From an uncultured Clostridia bacterium (GTDB lineage: Bacteria > Bacillota > Clostridia > Christensenellales > Borkfalkiaceae): a stretch of 64,000 nt of DNA. Positions within the stretch are counted from its first letter, which is position 1, and each line of letters begins with the position of its first letter. Under the pieces are notes generated by a model. The model was given only the letters and a program-made list of their open reading frames with translations, did not search any database and was not told the origin of the DNA. The stretch is taken from contig CALVWW010000001.1 in the NCBI GenBank assembly GCA_944368155.1, positions 308,738 through 372,737 of the forward strand, read 5' to 3'. Position numbers and translations under genes: made by a program. Of this stretch, positions 59,704-64,000 are shown piece by piece.

Positions 59704-59907
59704 ATGAATGTATTTGCTGAAAGACTGAAAGAACTGAGAACGGAAAAGGGAATATCGCAAATGCAGCTTGTAGCTCAAATAGGAACAACGAAAAGCGCAG
59801 TTTCGCTTTGGGAAGCCAACAAACGCGTTCCATCGGCTGAAGCTGTTGTTGCAATTGCCAAATACTTTGGCGTAACGAGCGATTACCTATTAGGCTTGGA
59901 AGATTAA
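59704..59907 (+). CDS. XRE-family helix-turn-helix transcriptional regulator (stand-alone, 67 aa)
   Basis: MNVFAERLKELRTEKGISQMQLVAQIGTTKSAVSLWEANKRVPS...SDYLLGLED. Confidence 0.85.
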   Translation: MNVFAERLKELRTEKGISQMQLVAQIGTTKSAVSLWEANKRVPSAEAVVAIAKYFGVTSDYLLGLED

Positions 59908-59926
59908 AACGGGCAAGGCATAAGTT

Positions 59927-59971
59927 AACGCCCCCGCATGGCACGTTTCCGTGCCATGCGGGGGCGTTTTT
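59927..59971. terminator. Bidirectional terminator hairpin
   Basis: 19-bp stem AACGCCCCCGCATGGCACG / CGTGCCATGCGGGGGCGTT followed by TTT. Confidence 0.8.
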
Positions 59972-60003
59972 ACACGTAAATAAAATTGACTGTAAATATG
60001 CAA

Positions 60004-61374
60004 TCAAGCGAATAATTCATTTCGTTTTTCGATAATTTCTTTATACTTATTGAGATATGTGGGGATATCTTTGGGTGAGGCAAGGCGCTCTATCCTGCTG
60101 CCGCCGCCATATACGCGTTTGGAAATGGCGCCCGCTCCTACGGCGATGTTTGAGCAAATCTCTTCCATTGTATCAACATTATATACGCACTCCCTGCCGG
60201 GCAGCGACCAACCGACATTTTCGCCCGCGCCCGCCTGATATTTCTGGCGGTAGAGATAGTAAGGGCAATAGCCGCTTGCGGTCAGCTTTTCGCGCGAGAG
60301 CGCTATCATACCGTCGATATCCGAGACGGCAAGGCGGCTTACACTCTCTTTGAGTCTGGAGCCTGCCTTTAAGCAAAGCGAATGAACGGTGATATTTGAT
60401 GGAGACAGAGTTATTGCCGCGTCGAGCGAACGGCTGAAATCAATGATATTTTCATCGGCAAGGCCGGCAATCAGGTCGATATTTATGTCGAACGGGTATT
60501 GAGAAGCCATTTCGTAGGCGCGGAAAGTCTGTTCGGAAGTATGCTTCCTGCCTATCGCGGTGAGAGTTTTGTCGGAAAATGTCTGCGGGTTGACGCATAT
60601 ACGGTTAACGCCCGCACGGAAAGTTACTTCAAGCTTTTCGGGGGTAAACGTGTCTGGTCTGCCCGCCTCTACTGTGAACTCGGCGCCGCCGATATTCAGC
60701 GAATTTATCGCGCCGTATACGCGCGAGAGCTGCTCAGCCGAAAGACAGAACGGAGTGCCGCCGCCGACATATACTGAATTGACCCTCGAGATTATGCCTT
60801 TAAGACTGTAAATCTCTTCGACAAGGCAGTTGATATAGCTTTCGATATACTTTTCTACCGCGCCGACGGGCGCCGTGATAAACGAACAATATTCGCATTT
60901 AGTCGGACAAAAGGGCAGGCTGACAAATATATCTTCGCCATTGCCGCAATTGGCGCGGTAAATATCGCCCTGCGCTGCGAGCACGCGGCGGACTATATCT
61001 ATATTCCCGCCGCTTACGCAAAATTTTTTAAAGAGCGGCGCAAAATCGCGCCCCGCTGCAAGTTCGCCGTAAGCCATCTTTGTGGGTCGTATACCCGTTA
61101 AGGCGCCCCACGGCAGGCTTTTGCCGCTCTCCTGCGAGAGCAGCAAATAAAAAGCAAGCTTTGCCGAACGCTTTGCAAACCTTTTGAACTCCAGCTCGTC
61201 GCGCGGACGCCATATATCGGAGAAAGTGCGGCATTCCCCGCCGCACTCTATTATGTTTATGAAGTTGTCGCCATCGCGCCTGAACGTATGGGCAAAATCT
61301 CTGTCCTCAGCGCCAAACAGGCGCAGAACGTCCATTATTTCCGCGCTGAGAAACTGCACATTGGTTGTAAGCAT
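60004..61374 (-). CDS. hemZ: Radical SAM protein, HemZ/HemN-like (oxygen-independent coproporphyrinogen dehydrogenase family)
   Basis: 456 aa with the CxxxCxxC motif PFCPTKCEYCSF and GGGTP. Confidence 0.7.
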   Translation of the reverse strand: MLTTNVQFLSAEIMDVLRLFGAEDRDFAHTFRRDGDNFINIIECGGECRTFSDIWRPRDELEFKRFAKRSAKLAFYLLLSQESGKSLPWGALTGIRPTKMAYGELAAGRDFAPLFKKFCVSGGNIDIVRRVLAAQGDIYRANCGNGEDIFVSLPFCPTKCEYCSFITAPVGAVEKYIESYINCLVEEIYSLKGIISRVNSVYVGGGTPFCLSAEQLSRVYGAINSLNIGGAEFTVEAGRPDTFTPEKLEVTFRAGVNRICVNPQTFSDKTLTAIGRKHTSEQTFRAYEMASQYPFDINIDLIAGLADENIIDFSRSLDAAITLSPSNITVHSLCLKAGSRLKESVSRLAVSDIDGMIALSREKLTASGYCPYYLYRQKYQAGAGENVGWSLPGRECVYNVDTMEEICSNIAVGAGAISKRVYGGGSRIERLASPKDIPTYLNKYKEIIEKRNELFA

Positions 61375-61404
61375 TTTTTAAATCTGATGTTGACTGAAAA
61401 CAGC

Positions 61405-62010
61405 TTACCACTCGCACTTTACAAAGGGGTTGCATTCGCGCTCGTGAGAGAGGGTAGTATCCTCGTCATGTCCGCAATATACGGTGAAGTCGCCGGGGAG
61501 CACATAAAGTTTTTTGATGCTGTTATAGAGCGAACGCCAGCTGCCTGTGGGAAGGTCGGTTCTGCCCACGCTCTCACGGAAGAGAGTATCGCCCGTGAAC
61601 AGGCAGCCGCCGGCGAGATAACATACGCCGCCTGCGGTGTGACCGGGCGTGGATATAACTTTGAAATCTATGCCCGCAACGGTCACAGTCTGCCCGCCGC
61701 CTATGATATTTACGGGGAAGCGCCTTATTACATACGGGCTCATGTCAACATAGTCGGGGCCGAACATATTCTCGGCCTCCTCTTCACTTGCATAAATGGG
61801 GATGCCCATTGAAGAAAAGCGCACACAACCGCCTATGTGGTCGTAGTGTCCGTGCGTCAATAATACCCCGTCGGGCTTCAGGCCGAGCTCGCGGCACTTG
61901 TCCCACACTCGTTCCTGAGCGCAGTCGATTATCGCAGCAGTTTTGCCGTCGGCGGTAACTATATATGAATTTGAGGCAAATCCCTCGGGATATACTTTGT
62001 AAACTTTCAT
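61405..62010 (-). CDS. MBL-fold metallo-hydrolase
   Basis: 201 aa with the THGHYDHIGG motif, plus GHTAGG and a downstream CGHD. Confidence 0.85.
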   Translation of the reverse strand: MKVYKVYPEGFASNSYIVTADGKTAAIIDCAQERVWDKCRELGLKPDGVLLTHGHYDHIGGCVRFSSMGIPIYASEEEAENMFGPDYVDMSPYVIRRFPVNIIGGGQTVTVAGIDFKVISTPGHTAGGVCYLAGGCLFTGDTLFRESVGRTDLPTGSWRSLYNSIKKLYVLPGDFTVYCGHDEDTTLSHERECNPFVKCEW

Positions 62011-62140
62011 AAATTTTTTCCTCTGTATGCGGCGGCCGCCGCACCATATTTATTTTTTAATTTTTTGCGGCTGAGCGGAAATTTTAAACCGCAGAACGAA
62101 AAACGAATACATGGTTTAATAAAAATTTCAGCGAAAAGTT

Positions 62141-64000
62141 TCAGCCCGATGTACGGTATACGTCTATCACCCTCTTATCCTTCTTCAGATGATTTATGAG
62201 AAGGTCTAAATCGGAGCGCTTGTTGAGGCGGACGTTAATATCCACGACCGCGCGCTTGCTCTTATCCAATCTCCCCACAATCTGGGTAAGCGAGAGGTGC
62301 ATGGCCGCAATTTCAGAAGTTACGAAAGCCACGAGGCCGTCGTGGTCGTCGGCAACGACGCGTATTCCGACGATAAATTCGGAACCTGTGTCTGCCGTCC
62401 ACTGGGCGGGCTGAATGCGGTCAGGCTCGTAGTCCTTTAAGTTGGGACAATCTTTGCGGTGGACAATCACGCCCCTTCCGCGCGAAACAAAACCCACGAT
62501 ATCGTCGCCTGGAACGGGGTTGCAGCAGCGCGCAAAACGCACCATCAGCCCGGCCATGCCGCGGACGGTAACGCTCGATTCCGATGCGCCGCCGCTCTTG
62601 CCCGGAAGAGTTGAACCTGGTTCCTTCGGTATCGCCTTTTTATAGTAGTCTATCAGTTTGTAAATTATCTGGTTTACGCTGACAGCGCCGTAACCCACGG
62701 AGGCAAACATTTCGTCTACAGACGCGAACACCAGCTTTTTCGAAAGCTTTTCGAATGACTCGTTCGTGAGGATATCGCCGAGGTTATAACCCCTGCGCTT
62801 TGCCTCTGCCTCGAGCATAGATTTGCCGGTGCGGGCGTTCTCCTCCTTCATTTCTTTTTTGAAGAACTGCCTTATTTTGGCGCGCGCGGAGCCTGATTTT
62901 ACATATTTGAGCCAATCCCACGAGGGCCCCTTGCTGTTTGGGGAGGTGAGTATCTCCACCACGTCGCCCGTGTGGAGAGTGGAGTTTAAAGGCACAATTT
63001 TCGAATTTACCTTGGCGCCCACGCATTTGTTGCCTACTTCGGAATGAATGGCATATGCGAAATCTATGGGCGTTGCCTCAAGGGGGAGCGAAATGACCTT
63101 GCCCTGCGGAGTGAACACCAAAAGTTCGTTTGTGTACAGGTCGGTCTTTAAGCTCTCAACAAATTCTTTGGCGCTGCCCGTGCTGCCCTCCCAGTCCATT
63201 ACGTCGCGTATCCATGCCAGCCTCTGGTCGAAATTGTTATCCTGTCCGCCCTTCTGTTCCTTATAGCGCCAGTGAGCGGCGATACCGTATTCGGCCATAT
63301 GGTGCATTTCAAATGTTCTTATCTGTATTTCGAATATCTGGCCGAAATCTGTCACGACAGTGGTGTGCAGGGACTGATACATATTGCGCTTGGGCATGGC
63401 GATATAGTCCTTTATGCGTCCGGGCACCGGCTTCCACTTTTTGTGTATTTTGCCGAGCACCTCATAGCATTCCTCCGTGGTGTTGACGATTACGCGCACG
63501 GCGGAGAGGTCGTATATCTGGTCGAGCGTCTTGCCCGAATTTTTCATCTTTTTATATATCGAATAGAAATGCTTGGGTCTGCCGAAAACGTCGCCCTTTA
63601 TATTGCTTTCCTCGAGAATTTCCTTGAGCTCGCTCACGCAGGTATCTATAAACGAACGGCGCTCCTCCAACTTCTGATGGATGTTGGTGACGAGATATTC
63701 GTATGCCTTGGGGTCGAGGTATTTAAGGCAGAGGTCCTCAAGCTCGCACTTCATCTGAGATATACCAAGTCGCCCGGCGAGCGGAGTGTAAATCTCAAGC
63801 GTTTCCTTGGCTATTCTCTGCTGGCGCTCGTCGGAGAGGAAATTTAACGAGCGCATATTGTGCAGCCTGTCGGCAAGTTTGATTATAATGACGCGGACAT
63901 CGTTTGCCATGGCGACAAATATCTTGCGGAAATTTTCGATATCCTCCTCTTCATGCGTCTGGTAATGAATTTTATCGAGTTTTGTTACGCCGTCGACAAG
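62141..64000 (-). CDS. relA: Bifunctional (p)ppGpp synthetase/hydrolase RelA/SpoT homolog (partial, N-terminus beyond right edge)
   Basis: The frame stays open to 64000 (LVDGVTKLDKIHYQTHEEEDIENFRKIFVAMANDVRV...). HD, synthetase (YQSLHTTV), TGS and ACT regions are present. Confidence 0.93.
   Translation of the reverse strand, partial: LVDGVTKLDKIHYQTHEEEDIENFRKIFVAMANDVRVIIIKLADRLHNMRSLNFLSDERQQRIAKETLEIYTPLAGRLGISQMKCELEDLCLKYLDPKAYEYLVTNIHQKLEERRSFIDTCVSELKEILEESNIKGDVFGRPKHFYSIYKKMKNSGKTLDQIYDLSAVRVIVNTTEECYEVLGKIHKKWKPVPGRIKDYIAMPKRNMYQSLHTTVVTDFGQIFEIQIRTFEMHHMAEYGIAAHWRYKEQKGGQDNNFDQRLAWIRDVMDWEGSTGSAKEFVESLKTDLYTNELLVFTPQGKVISLPLEATPIDFAYAIHSEVGNKCVGAKVNSKIVPLNSTLHTGDVVEILTSPNSKGPSWDWLKYVKSGSARAKIRQFFKKEMKEENARTGKSMLEAEAKRRGYNLGDILTNESFEKLSKKLVFASVDEMFASVGYGAVSVNQIIYKLIDYYKKAIPKEPGSTLPGKSGGASESSVTVRGMAGLMVRFARCCNPVPGDDIVGFVSRGRGVIVHRKDCPNLKDYEPDRIQPAQWTADTGSEFIVGIRVVADDHDGLVAFVTSEIAAMHLSLTQIVGRLDKSKRAVVDINVRLNKRSDLDLLINHLKKDKRVIDVYRTSG

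Overview
This is a 64-kb chromosomal core segment of a spore-forming Firmicute that looks Clostridia-like. That assignment is an inference from yabP-yabQ-divIC, cwlD, sigH, a spoVB-like flippase, ylmC/ymxH and a Spo0A_C-domain regulator. I call 59 protein genes, 49 of them on the minus strand. Two are partial at the window edges: a GNAT-like gene at the left and relA at the right. Most of the content is housekeeping:
- a complete folate operon, folC-folE-folP-folB/K, behind a THF riboswitch
- the pyrimidine operon pyrB-C-F-K-D-E
- gyrB-gyrA
- dnaX-ybaB-recR
- mrnC-rlmB-sigH
- rpsO-pnp
- typA, gpsA, serS, relA, and maf plus an mreB-like gene

I found no rRNA, tRNA, CRISPR array, transposase, integrase or recognisable defence genes. 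The parts that standard annotation does not explain are:
1. A family of structured intergenic repeats with a core of about 100 nt. It has five copies at three loci: inside the pyr operon, as a tandem pair upstream of gyrB, and as a tandem pair splitting ybaB from recR.
2. A 1416-aa extremely acidic surface protein with an N-terminal signal/lipobox-like sequence and a C-terminal TM anchor.
3. Next to it, an AT-richer gene for a 27-Cys lipoprotein built from CxxC mini-modules. It contains a recent 303-bp tandem duplication and sits behind a structured leader with its own intrinsic terminator.
4. An orphan Spo0A-like response regulator beside a small putative sporulation cluster.
5. A TSUP/TauE transporter encoded as two half-size genes.

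All family assignments come from reading the translations and recalling motifs. No database search was run.
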